A DNA stretch of 64,000 nucleotides from Candidatus Hydrogenedentota bacterium. Lineage in GTDB: Bacteria; Hydrogenedentota; Hydrogenedentia; Hydrogenedentales; JAEUWI01. Shown here one piece after another: positions 1 to 9,061 of this stretch (the stretch's first letter is position 1; every line of letters begins with the position of its first letter). The position numbers and the translations under genes were made by a program. The stretch covers positions 1 to 64,000 of the forward strand of contig JAXMOL010000033.1 in the NCBI GenBank assembly GCA_034669905.1, written 5' to 3'. Under the pieces are notes generated by a model. The model searched no databases. It worked only from the letters and a program-made list of their open reading frames with translations, and was not told the origin of the DNA.

Positions 1-119
<119 letters not shown>

Positions 120-126
120 CAAAATT

Positions 127-163
127 AAAAGACCCGTATAGGTTATCCTATACGGGTCTTTTT
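127..163 (+). terminator. Intrinsic terminator after 5S rRNA
   Basis: Perfect stem AAAAGACCCGTATAGG-ttat-CCTATACGGGTCTTTT ending in a T run. Confidence 0.9.
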
Positions 164-182
164 CGTATCTGGACGGGTTCCG

Positions 183-1832
183 GTGCTGTGGTGTACCCTG
201 AAGCAGGGCGCTTCGCAGCCCGATAGGGTCGTGGGAAGGAAGTGCGCGCAAGTGATCTTCGACGTGAGCAAGGGCAGGGCAACGCTCTATCTTCTGAGTA
301 TGGGCCTGGTGCTACTGGTACTCCGGATCTTGGCCCTCGGTGACGAGGCCGCCTGGGGCGATGAGGCCCTCACCACGGTGTGCTTTCCCAATGAGGGGTT
401 TGCCGGCTACCTGCGTTGTGTTTTTGCCGAAGATGGCATTCCACGGCTCGCCCCCCTCTACTATGGCGTGCAATACGGGTGGTCCGTGCTCTTCGGGGGC
501 GATCTCCGGTCCCTCCGTCTCCTTTCTGTCTTCCTCAATCTCGTTGCCTTTGTGCAGCTGTTCGTATTGGTAGCGTCTATCGCCAATCGACGGGCTGCAC
601 GGTGGGCGACGTTTTTTTTTGCCGTCTCTCTATTCGAGATATATTACGGCCAGGAAGTCCGTTTCTATGCCCTGATGAACGTCTTTGCCCTGCTCGCATT
701 GCAGGGTGCGTGGTATTATTCGCACGGGAAGCGGGGGCTGGGACTCGGTCTGGCCTTGTTGGGGAACGGTGGTCTGGTCTGGACCCATGCGTTTGGGGTG
801 GTCTTCGTGCTCAGTTTGGGGTTCTACATGCTTCGATTCGTGCGGAAGCCGCGCCTTTTCTTGCCTTGGATGGGTGCCCATAGTCTTCTCGCCGTTGCGC
901 TGTTGGGGTGGGTGGTCTGGCTGGGCTATGACGTCGATACGCAGGGCACGGCCTATGGCGACCTGCCGGCGGGCTGGCGCGAGCTCCTCAGCACCTATGT
1001 GCAATTCGCTGGTGGGCGCTTTTCCAATATGAACCCGGCCGAGTTTCTCCCCTTGGGGTTCAGTGCCGACCTGATCATAGCGGCGTTCATGGCGTCATTT
1101 GTGCTCATCGCCGTCTACACGATCGGGACAATGGCCCGCAAACCGGAAACGCACGATGCGCTATGGGGAGGTGTCTTGTTGCTCATAGTCCTTAGTGTGC
1201 CGGTTTTGATGCTTTTTCTTCTGGGAAAACTCTGGCGTCCCTGCTTTTTCACACGCTATGTCATCTATGCTGCCTTGCCATTCTATGCGCTCGCAGGCAT
1301 CGGAGTTGCCCAGTGCGTCCACCGTCGCTTGGGTCAGGCCGCCGCTGTGCTTCTGGTGGCGCTGTTTACGTGGCAGAATCTGGCGTTGCCCCGGCCTTTT
1401 CGGGCGGATTACGGCAGCGTGGCCCGGGCGGTGACTTCCGAAGAGGGACAGGAGAAAACTATCCTGGCGCTGAAACCCTTCAATTACGATGCCGTGGCCT
1501 ACGCCGTGCGCGATCTGCCCGTTACAACGGAGTTACTCTATGGATTGAAAGAGACCGTCGGTATTGGCGCCCAGCGTGTGGCGGAAGGAAAGTCGGTGTG
1601 GGTGGTGTTCTATCGGTGGGATGATCTCGCTGGCTTCGAAGCGGGGGTAGAGGCCGTGGGCCTGGCGTATCGTCGTACCGAAACAGCCGGGATGCCCCCG
1701 TTGCAGATCTACCATCTCTATGACGCGAAGGCGGATCTGATACGGCCGACAGCGGCTGCCGCTATTTTGTCCCCCAATATAGTGGATCGCCCAACCGTGC
1801 CGCGCGATCCCGCTATGGGAGTCCGTGAATAA
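183..1832 (+). CDS. GT-C fold membrane glycosyltransferase (GT39/PMT/ArnT-like); true start may be downstream
   Basis: Many TM segments; WGDE, PLYY, LRLLS and QEVRFYAL motifs typical of GT39-like proteins. Confidence 0.8.
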   Translation: MLWCTLKQGASQPDRVVGRKCAQVIFDVSKGRATLYLLSMGLVLLVLRILALGDEAAWGDEALTTVCFPNEGFAGYLRCVFAEDGIPRLAPLYYGVQYGWSVLFGGDLRSLRLLSVFLNLVAFVQLFVLVASIANRRAARWATFFFAVSLFEIYYGQEVRFYALMNVFALLALQGAWYYSHGKRGLGLGLALLGNGGLVWTHAFGVVFVLSLGFYMLRFVRKPRLFLPWMGAHSLLAVALLGWVVWLGYDVDTQGTAYGDLPAGWRELLSTYVQFAGGRFSNMNPAEFLPLGFSADLIIAAFMASFVLIAVYTIGTMARKPETHDALWGGVLLLIVLSVPVLMLFLLGKLWRPCFFTRYVIYAALPFYALAGIGVAQCVHRRLGQAAAVLLVALFTWQNLALPRPFRADYGSVARAVTSEEGQEKTILALKPFNYDAVAYAVRDLPVTTELLYGLKETVGIGAQRVAEGKSVWVVFYRWDDLAGFEAGVEAVGLAYRRTETAGMPPLQIYHLYDAKADLIRPTAAAAILSPNIVDRPTVPRDPAMGVRE

Positions 1833-2105
1833 AACGGGATGCATGGAAGGGTTGCTGGGGCACGGGAGTGGGAAGAGGGATTGGAAGGCGGGTTTGTACG
1901 TTCCCAGGTGACGCCATCGACGTGCTAGCGCGGGGCGCGCACGAATTCTCCTCCGGCGAATCTTCGACCGTCGATGTGTCGTTTTCGTCACGTCGTGGAG
2001 CTATGACCTTAGATATATGGTGCCGGATCCCGCGGCACGCAGGTAATGCCGCCGGCCTGTAGACGCGGAGGCCTGGAACGAAGTCTCCTCCGGTGAATCT
2101 TCGAC
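1796..2105. repeat. Degenerate inverted-repeat element with two copies of the motif ACGAAnTCTCCTnCGGnGAnTCTTCGAC
   Basis: CGTGCCGCGCGATCCC (1796-1811) pairs with GGATCCCGCGGCACG (2025-2039); motif at 1939-1969 and 2078-2105; same family at 15147-15319. Confidence 0.65.
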
Positions 2106-2229
2106 GTTCGTTGTTTCGACGTTTGGCAGTGCATTCCCTGTAGTCGCTTTGCGTGCAACGCCGGGGTGTAGTACTGTAATGCTGGGGGGCCGTGGGGCTC
2201 TCTGGGAAACACGTACGACAGGAGGGGCG

Positions 2230-2883
2230 ATGATTCTAGTACCTTACGAAGCCGATGTGACCATGTACCGTTGGCCCTATGCCAATGTGGGGCTCATTAT
2301 CGCGATAACACTCGTCTCGGTCATGGCCTTCGCAGAAAGCGCCGGCTCGCCATTGGTGCTACTGGTTCTCAACGGGTGGGGTCCCATCGGGATGGTGGGC
2401 CATGTGTTCCTTCACGGGGGTATTTTACATCTCCTGGGTAACATGATGTTTCTTTGGACCTTTGGGAACGCGGTTTGTGCCAAGTGGGGTGACCTCGCCT
2501 TTCTGGTGATATTTTTCGGACTCGCCGTCGCCTCGGCGACCATTCACAATTTATTCGACGGCCATCCCGCCATTGGGGCCAGTGGCGCTATCAATGGGGT
2601 CGTGGGTTTGTTTCTCGTCTACTTCCCCCGAAACGACATTCGATGCTTCTGGTATATTTTTGTTCGCGCCGGCACGTTTGGCATCGGCAGTATCTGGATG
2701 ATTTTGCTGTGGCTCGCCTTCGATATCTGGGGTGCTGCCAGCGGCGGTGGCGGCGTGGCCTATTGGGCGCACCTCGGTGGCTTCGGTGCGGGCGTGGCCC
2801 TCGGGCTCGCAAGTCTCCGCTATGACTGGGTGGAGATGACCGACACGGAATGTTCCCTGGTGGAGATGATGGGCTCACGGTGA
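2230..2883 (+). CDS. Rhomboid family intramembrane serine protease
   Basis: FLHGGILHLLGNM, GASG (catalytic Ser) and AYWAHLGG (catalytic His); GGAGG RBS before ATG 2230. Confidence 0.93.
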   Translation: MILVPYEADVTMYRWPYANVGLIIAITLVSVMAFAESAGSPLVLLVLNGWGPIGMVGHVFLHGGILHLLGNMMFLWTFGNAVCAKWGDLAFLVIFFGLAVASATIHNLFDGHPAIGASGAINGVVGLFLVYFPRNDIRCFWYIFVRAGTFGIGSIWMILLWLAFDIWGAASGGGGVAYWAHLGGFGAGVALGLASLRYDWVEMTDTECSLVEMMGSR

Positions 2884-2993
2884 GGTGGCGTAATACCGCG
2901 CACTCAACACCCATATGGCCGTTCGTTCCTCACGTCCGTATAGGGGGGGTATGCGTTGGAGATTATCGTTGGCCCGACGCTGTGATGTCCCGC

Positions 2994-4418
2994 CTATGCC
3001 GTGGGGCGTCGTGGCGCGCGGCCACCGCGTTTGAAGAGCACTTCGTCGGCGTGGAGTACTTCGGGGCGCTCTTCGAAAATAGGATCAAAGCTGGGGAAGC
3101 GTTCGACGACCTGGTGGCGTTCGTGGTAGCGGCTGATAAGGTGGAGCGTGAAGAGGAGCCGTCCAATCCGGTATTGGGTGGAGCTGCCGCAGAAAATACC
3201 AAAGCCATGGTTGCAGGCGTGGGCCAGGGAATCGGCACAGGCCTCAGGACGTCCTGCGTCGGCGTCCGACCAGGCCAGGAGTTCCATGCCTTCACCCGCG
3301 TTTTGCTCGTCGTAGGGATGTTGCTCGTCAAAGTCTTCGGTGAACTTTTCATAGAGGGACACCACCCGGTCGAACCAGAAGAAGATGGCGCGATAGCCCT
3401 CTTCCTGGAGGTCCACCATGATGCGGGCATCGTCGATGGAGTTCAGCGATTGGACGGAAAGATAATGTTCCCGGTCTTCGTTGTTGTCGGGCACCATACG
3501 CACGCGGAGCTTTTCTTCCGGCGCGCCATAGTTGAAGCTTTCAAGAATGGTGTGGACGTCGATTTTGCATTGAGAAAGTAACTTGCTCTCCACGATAAAT
3601 TCGGCGGCCAGGGGCGTGCGCTGCAGGGCGGCTTCCAGCTCGGGGTCCGGACGGAAGAGGTCGATACGCCAGTCAAACCACATGTCGTGGAAGAGGTGGG
3701 ACAGGGTGTCCCCGGGATTTTGGGCCGTACCATTCCAGCAGTCTTGCACCAGATCTTCGAAGCGCTGCTCCAGCTGGGCGCGGGTGCGGCGGAAGATGGT
3801 GTGGGAAAAGAGATAGCGCACGGCGAGCACACGGTCGACTAAGAGATCGGCGCTGGCTTCCGGGCACGCGGCATTCTTCACAAATTGGTCTACCCAGAAG
3901 GCGCGCCAATCGCGAAGTTGACGGGACAGGGTGCTTCGTGGCGGACGGCGGAGTTCGCTGAGTGACCAGCGGTCCATGGTGGCCTTGGTCAGGACGGGGG
4001 CGAATTCTTCCTGGAACTCTTCCTGATTCTGGGCGCAGAGAAGGAGGGTGTCCTGGGTGAGATCATAGAGGTAGCTCGTGCGCAGGTCACTCACCAGGAG
4101 ATAGGGCACGTTGAGGGTGGCCATCTCATCCACTACCAGCCGGGTTGTCTTGCAGAAGTCCAGGCCGCGCTCATAGAGGAGGGAGGGATTCTCCAGCATA
4201 TCGTTGGGCAGGAAAAGGGCCGCTACCGAATCGCCCGATTGGGCACGGAGCAGGAAGGGCGCGGCATGGAGTGCCTCGACCCGTTCCGATGGGGAGAAGG
4301 AAAGGGGGAATTCCCAACCAAGCATGGCCAGGCACTGTCGCGCGCTGCTGCGTAGATCGACACGGGCCGTCTGGCAATCTTCATACAATGCTTTGAGCGC
4401 TAAAACAGGGTCTCTCAT
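2994..4418 (-). CDS. Hypothetical protein resembling the N-terminal half of type IIG/Eco57I-like REase-MTases, with catalytic motifs absent
   Basis: Colinear segments LGWEF, LLVSDLRTSYLYD, LRDWRAFW, LVDRVLAVRY, LSHLF..W..DLF, RIMVD and RFPSF match the IIG scaffold; no PD..EAK, YYTP, DPACGSG or NPPY. Confidence 0.65.
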   Translation of the reverse strand: MRDPVLALKALYEDCQTARVDLRSSARQCLAMLGWEFPLSFSPSERVEALHAAPFLLRAQSGDSVAALFLPNDMLENPSLLYERGLDFCKTTRLVVDEMATLNVPYLLVSDLRTSYLYDLTQDTLLLCAQNQEEFQEEFAPVLTKATMDRWSLSELRRPPRSTLSRQLRDWRAFWVDQFVKNAACPEASADLLVDRVLAVRYLFSHTIFRRTRAQLEQRFEDLVQDCWNGTAQNPGDTLSHLFHDMWFDWRIDLFRPDPELEAALQRTPLAAEFIVESKLLSQCKIDVHTILESFNYGAPEEKLRVRMVPDNNEDREHYLSVQSLNSIDDARIMVDLQEEGYRAIFFWFDRVVSLYEKFTEDFDEQHPYDEQNAGEGMELLAWSDADAGRPEACADSLAHACNHGFGIFCGSSTQYRIGRLLFTLHLISRYHERHQVVERFPSFDPIFEERPEVLHADEVLFKRGGRAPRRPTA

Positions 4419-4981
4419 GGTATCCCTTCTCCCTTTTCCACGTGATAACCGTGGCCTTCTATGCGCCGCCAGATAATATCTTCGCGGCGTCCCAGCAGAT
4501 CAATGCCCGTGGTCAGATAGGGTTCCAGGACGGGATTGCGCTCCTGGACCCAGGTTAAAAAGGTCTCGCTGCTCACCAACTCCAGGGAAATGGGCTCGGG
4601 TAAGCTTAGCGAGGGATTCTGTCCTTTACGGGCCACCACCAGCACGTGGGCTTCATCGGCATGCATAAAGGCCAGCCGAACGGCGGGCTCCATGGCAAGC
4701 CGGCTGCGCATCACGTCCCGGTCTTCGCTTGTCTTCAAGATGATATTTCGCAACTCGGGAAAGAGCGGAAACTCCATATCGACCTGATGATAGGTCCGGT
4801 TGCCTTCCACATGGCGGAAAAGCAGCCCGATGGAGACCATGCGCTCTAACTCCCGCTGTATGGCGCGGATAGCGAGCCCGGTCGCCTGTTCCAGCTGACG
4901 CTGATAATAGGCGCGGACGGGGTCCAGCATAAAGACCTGTAACAGGGACACCCGCGCGCTGGAGGCGAAGAGTGCCGACAA
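4415..4981 (-). CDS. wHTH regulator fused to a degenerate minimal nucleotidyltransferase (MNT-like) domain; start TTG 4981, alternative 5041
   Basis: LFASSAR..YYQRQL..IQRELERM..GLL..GNRTY..PLFPELRNIILKT is typical of wHTH-MNT proteins; the GS..SDxD motif is replaced by FMHADEAH; ATGA overlap with the next gene. Confidence 0.75.
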   Translation of the reverse strand: MSALFASSARVSLLQVFMLDPVRAYYQRQLEQATGLAIRAIQRELERMVSIGLLFRHVEGNRTYHQVDMEFPLFPELRNIILKTSEDRDVMRSRLAMEPAVRLAFMHADEAHVLVVARKGQNPSLSLPEPISLELVSSETFLTWVQERNPVLEPYLTTGIDLLGRREDIIWRRIEGHGYHVEKGEGIP

Positions 4982-5000
4982 GGTCTCTTTGGAATCGTTA

Positions 5001-5188
5001 TGACTAAGTATTGTAGTCAAGGACACAAGATATGGTCTCAATTGGGTTCGTTTTTACCGGCTCTTGGTGATGCATAACGACCAAAAGCACAACATAGTAG
5101 GTATAAGACTACACGATTTTATGCAAAAACACAAGATATAGATTGTACAATGCGCAAGAGGAGTCAATAGGTGCTCTATATGTAGTAT
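5001..5188. promoter_or_regulatory. AT-rich control region with NrdR-box-like motifs and a TGACTA-N7-TAGTCA palindrome
   Basis: ACACAAGATATGGTCT 5023-5038, ACACAAGATATAGATT 5129-5144, GCTCTATATGTAGTAT 5173-5188; weaker cores at 5004 and 5090. Confidence 0.5.
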
Positions 5189-5283
5189 TTTTCAGGTTTT
5201 TGAATACCGATACATCCATCCAGATACCAATGGGGTGGGTGCAGTTGTTGGGGGTGTTGCGTTGGGGCCCGAGGTAGTTTTTG

Positions 5284-6301
5284 AACCTCGAAGAACGCAG
5301 AGAACTGAAAAGCAGACGTCTTTTGTGCTCTTTGCGTTCTTTGAGGTTGTGATTCATTTACTACCTTTAGGCCGCCACCCGCTTCGCGGGCAAATTACCA
5401 AGAACGTATGCCCAAGATGGCGATGTTTTCTGCTCCGTTCCGACCAAACTGGAACGTGTGTGCGAGGAGACTTTTTAATCTCAAAGAACACAGAGAACAC
5501 AAAGGGAGACGCTTTTTTGTGCTCTTGGCGTTCTTTGAGGTTATGTTTCATCTTCCACCTTTTGGGCCGCCACCCGCTTCGCGGGTTTGTGGAATCGCAT
5601 CTGCGCAACCTGGGGTTCGCTCGTGCCTCGCTTCACCCCAGGCTTTAGGCCGCCACCCGCTTCGCGGGCAAACTACCAAGAACGCATGCCCAGATGGCGA
5701 CGTTTTCCGCTCCGTTCCGTTCCGCCCAAACCGGAACGTGTGTGCGAGGAGACTTTTTAACCTCAAAGGACGCAGAGAACACAAAGGGAGACGCCTTTTT
5801 GTGCTCTTTGCGTTCTTTGAGGTTATGTTTCATCTTCCACCTTTTGGGCCGTCACCCGCTTCGCGGGTTTGTGGAATCGCATCTGCGCAACCTGGGGTTC
5901 GCTCGTGCCTCGCTTCACCCCAGGCTTTAGGCCGCCACCCGCTTCGCGGGCAAACTACCAAGAACGTATGCCCAAGATGGCGACGTTTTCCGCTCCGTTC
6001 CGTTCCGCCCAAACCGGAACGTGTGTGCGAAGAGACTTTTTAACCTCAAAGAACACAGAGAACACAAAGGGAGACGCCTTTTTGTGCTCTTTGCGTTCTT
6101 TGAGGTTGTGATTCATTTACCACCTTTTGGGCCGTCACCCGCTTCGCGGGCAAATTACCAAGAACGTATGCCCAAGATGGCGATGTTTTCTGCTCCGTTC
6201 CGCCCAAACTGGAACGTGAGTGCGAGGAGATTTTTTGACCTTAAAGAACGCAGAGAACTCAAGAGCAGACCTTTTTTGTGCTCTTTGTGTTCTTTGAGGT
6301 T
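5284..6301. repeat. Mosaic (BIME-like) tandem array: five ~65 bp hairpins joined by conserved linkers
   Basis: Hairpins AACCTCAAAGAAC..GTTCTTTGAGGTT start at 5284, 5477, 5759, 6042 and 6237 (periods 193/282/283/195); recurring GCCGCCACCCGCTTCGCGGG. Confidence 0.95.
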
Positions 6302-6461
6302 AAGAAAATATTCACAAACCACCGTCCGGGTACCGTACCACTCGCCAGGCGGTGTCATCATGGTGTCGAAAGCCTGGACCATTGACATCGTGTGCTTACT
6401 GTGTCAGGTTAGGTAGCGGTCGGTATTTTATGCCGTTCCCACGCTGAAGGAGAGCTGAACT

Positions 6462-8912
6462 ATGTTGCGCTATCTAATGAGTCTGTCCGTTTGTACCGTT
6501 ATCGTCGCGGGAAGCTACGCTGCCGATGTACCCGGTCCTATTGAAGGGGGCTTCCAATTGCCGAATGGCTGGCAGATTACGCCGGTCGGCAAGGCGGTCC
6601 ACACCAATGATCTACTGACCCATCTGATGCCCACGCCCGACGGAAAATTCATGGTGGGACTGAGCAGTGGTTTCAATCCCCACGAACTGATGCTCATCGA
6701 TTGTGCGACGGATGAAAAGATTCAGACCATTCCCCTGGTTACCAGTTTTATGGGCCTGGCCTGGTCGCCCGATGGCACCACGCTCTACGTCTCAGGCGGG
6801 AATAACAAGTCGCGGAAAGAAGTACGGGCTCCCGTGTTTGTCTTTGGCTATGACGGGGAAAAACTCACCGAGACCCCCGTTCGCGAACTGGTGGAAACCA
6901 TTGCGCCAAAGGATATCTATTGGTCAGGCCTCGTCCACCATCCCACCGAGCCCCTGCTTTATGCCGCCAACCGCACCGCGGGCAATGTGGTGGTCTTCAA
7001 CACGGAATCGGGTGAAATCGTCACGCGCATCAGCACGGAGGTCAACCCCTATGACCTCGTGTTGTCGGCCGATGCTACCCAACTTTATGTTTCCAATTGG
7101 GCCAGCGACAGTGTTTCGGTCATCGACACGACGACCCACACGGTCACCGCCACCATCGCTGTGGGCGACAATCCCAACGATATGATCCTCGCAAAGGACG
7201 GCCGCCTCTTCGTCTGCTGTTCCAATGACAATACGGTGGTGGTCATCGACACAGCAAAGAACCGTGCGGTGGATACGATTATCACATCCCTCTACGAGCG
7301 CGCGCCGGAAGGGTCCACGCCCAACGCGCTGGCCCTCGATCCCGGACACGAAACCCTCTACATCGCCAATGCCGACAACAACAACGTCTGTGTGGTGGCC
7401 ATCGAAGACCGGGATGAAAACACGGTCCTCGGCTTTATCCCGGCCGGGTGGTATCCCTCGGCGCTGGGCATGAGCGTCGATGGCAAGAAACTCTATGTGG
7501 GGAATGGTAAAGGGCTGGCCTCCGCTTCAAACATTCGCGGACCGCTGAGTCCCCTGCCCGATGGGGAGGAGGGAAAAGGTACGACGCGGAGCACGACCAA
7601 GGGCTCCATCAACGTCGTGTCGGTGGAGGACTACAAGCTTCAACTTCGCGAGCTTACGCGGCAGGCCTATGCGAATTGTCCGTACAACGATGAGCAATTG
7701 GCGACGGCGAAGCAACTGAATGCAGAACCGAATATCGTACCGAGCACGGTCGGTGCTGGCTCGGTGATTAAACATGTAGTTTATATCATCAAAGAAAACC
7801 GGACCTATGATCAGGTGCTCGGTGATATGCCCCAGGGTAACGGCGACCCGCGCATTTGTATCTTCGGCCGGGAAATTACGCCCAACCACCATGCCCTGGC
7901 GGAGCAGTTCGTGTTACTGGACAACCTCTACTGTGATGCGGAAGTCAGCGTCGATGGGCACCAATGGAGCAACGCAGCCTACGCCACCGACTTTGCGGAA
8001 AAACTTTGGCCGGCCTCTTACGGCGGAAAAGGCAACGGTCCCTTCACCGCAGCGGCGACACCGGCCTCGGGCTATATGTGGGATCTCTGCAAGCGCAAGG
8101 GCCTGACCTATCGCAGTTACGGCGAGTTTGCCCGGCGCCAGAGTGAAGGGGAGCCCATGACCAGTCTGGCCCCGGGCCTGGTGGGCCACGTGGCCCCCAA
8201 GTACCTGAGCTGGGGTGCCCGGGACACGGAAAACGCGGCGGAGTTTATCAAGGAATTTAACGGCTATGTGTCTCACTACGACAGTGAGGATCCCGAGAAG
8301 CGCTTTCCCAACTACACGGTTATTGCCCTGCCCGAAGATCACACCAAAGGGGGCAGCCCCGGACAGCCCACCATCCAGGCGGCCGTCGCCAGCAACGACC
8401 TCGGCCTCGGTATGATTGTGGAAGCCATCAGCCACAGTCCCTATTGGCCCGAGACGGCCATCTTCGTCATCGAAGACGATGCACAGAACGGATCGGACCA
8501 TGTGGATGCCCGACGCACCATTGGCTTTGTTATCAGCCCCTACACGCGGCGCGCATCGGTGGACAGTACCTTCTACACGACGAGCTCCATGTTGCGGACC
8601 ATGCAGCTCCTCCTGGGCCTGCCGCCCATGAGCCAGTTTGACGCATCGGCCAATCCCATGTACCGCAGCTTTACGAACGTGGCGGACAACACGCCCTACA
8701 CCAAGCTGGAGGCCAACATCGATATCAACGCGTTGAACGAAAAGACGGCCCTGGGTGCGCAGGAATCGCTGGAGATGGATTTCAGTACCTTTGACGAAAT
8801 GCCCATGGATGAGTTTAACCGCATAATCTGGGCCCTCGCCAAGGGACCGGACAGTGAGATGCCTTTGCCCGTGCACCGTTTTGTCGCCGCGAGTCTGGTG
8901 GAGGCAGAATAG
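6462..8912 (+). CDS. Secreted YVTN/YncE beta-propeller plus phosphoesterase (alkaline phosphatase superfamily) protein
   Basis: Signal peptide; LYVSN..SVSVID repeats; HVVYIIKENRTYDQVLGD and EDDAQNGSDHVD motifs; AAGGAG RBS. Confidence 0.9.
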   Translation: MLRYLMSLSVCTVIVAGSYAADVPGPIEGGFQLPNGWQITPVGKAVHTNDLLTHLMPTPDGKFMVGLSSGFNPHELMLIDCATDEKIQTIPLVTSFMGLAWSPDGTTLYVSGGNNKSRKEVRAPVFVFGYDGEKLTETPVRELVETIAPKDIYWSGLVHHPTEPLLYAANRTAGNVVVFNTESGEIVTRISTEVNPYDLVLSADATQLYVSNWASDSVSVIDTTTHTVTATIAVGDNPNDMILAKDGRLFVCCSNDNTVVVIDTAKNRAVDTIITSLYERAPEGSTPNALALDPGHETLYIANADNNNVCVVAIEDRDENTVLGFIPAGWYPSALGMSVDGKKLYVGNGKGLASASNIRGPLSPLPDGEEGKGTTRSTTKGSINVVSVEDYKLQLRELTRQAYANCPYNDEQLATAKQLNAEPNIVPSTVGAGSVIKHVVYIIKENRTYDQVLGDMPQGNGDPRICIFGREITPNHHALAEQFVLLDNLYCDAEVSVDGHQWSNAAYATDFAEKLWPASYGGKGNGPFTAAATPASGYMWDLCKRKGLTYRSYGEFARRQSEGEPMTSLAPGLVGHVAPKYLSWGARDTENAAEFIKEFNGYVSHYDSEDPEKRFPNYTVIALPEDHTKGGSPGQPTIQAAVASNDLGLGMIVEAISHSPYWPETAIFVIEDDAQNGSDHVDARRTIGFVISPYTRRASVDSTFYTTSSMLRTMQLLLGLPPMSQFDASANPMYRSFTNVADNTPYTKLEANIDINALNEKTALGAQESLEMDFSTFDEMPMDEFNRIIWALAKGPDSEMPLPVHRFVAASLVEAE

Positions 8913-9061
8913 GGAATTTAGAATTTAGAATGTGCGTGCAGCGTCAGTCGGAGGCGGAGAGGCATGTTATTCACGATTCAAAATTCTCTATTCGACCAGG
9001 CGGAAACCTTGTCCATGAATTTCCTCGCCACGTGTAAATTCCCAATGTACTACTCCAATTT

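Noticed and set aside
1939..2105. Tandem glycine riboswitch (CACCGGAGGAG / CGCCGGAGGAG on the minus strand)
   Set aside because: No CTCTCAGG element and no glycine-related gene downstream; the motif recurs in the 15 kb repeat
5040..5230. Replication origin
   Set aside because: AT-rich but no DnaA boxes (TTATCCACA) and no dnaA/parAB nearby
5284..6301. CRISPR array, or coding ORFs within the array
   Set aside because: Inter-repeat segments are themselves repeated, units are 190-280 bp and no cas genes are present; the ORFs are repeat translations
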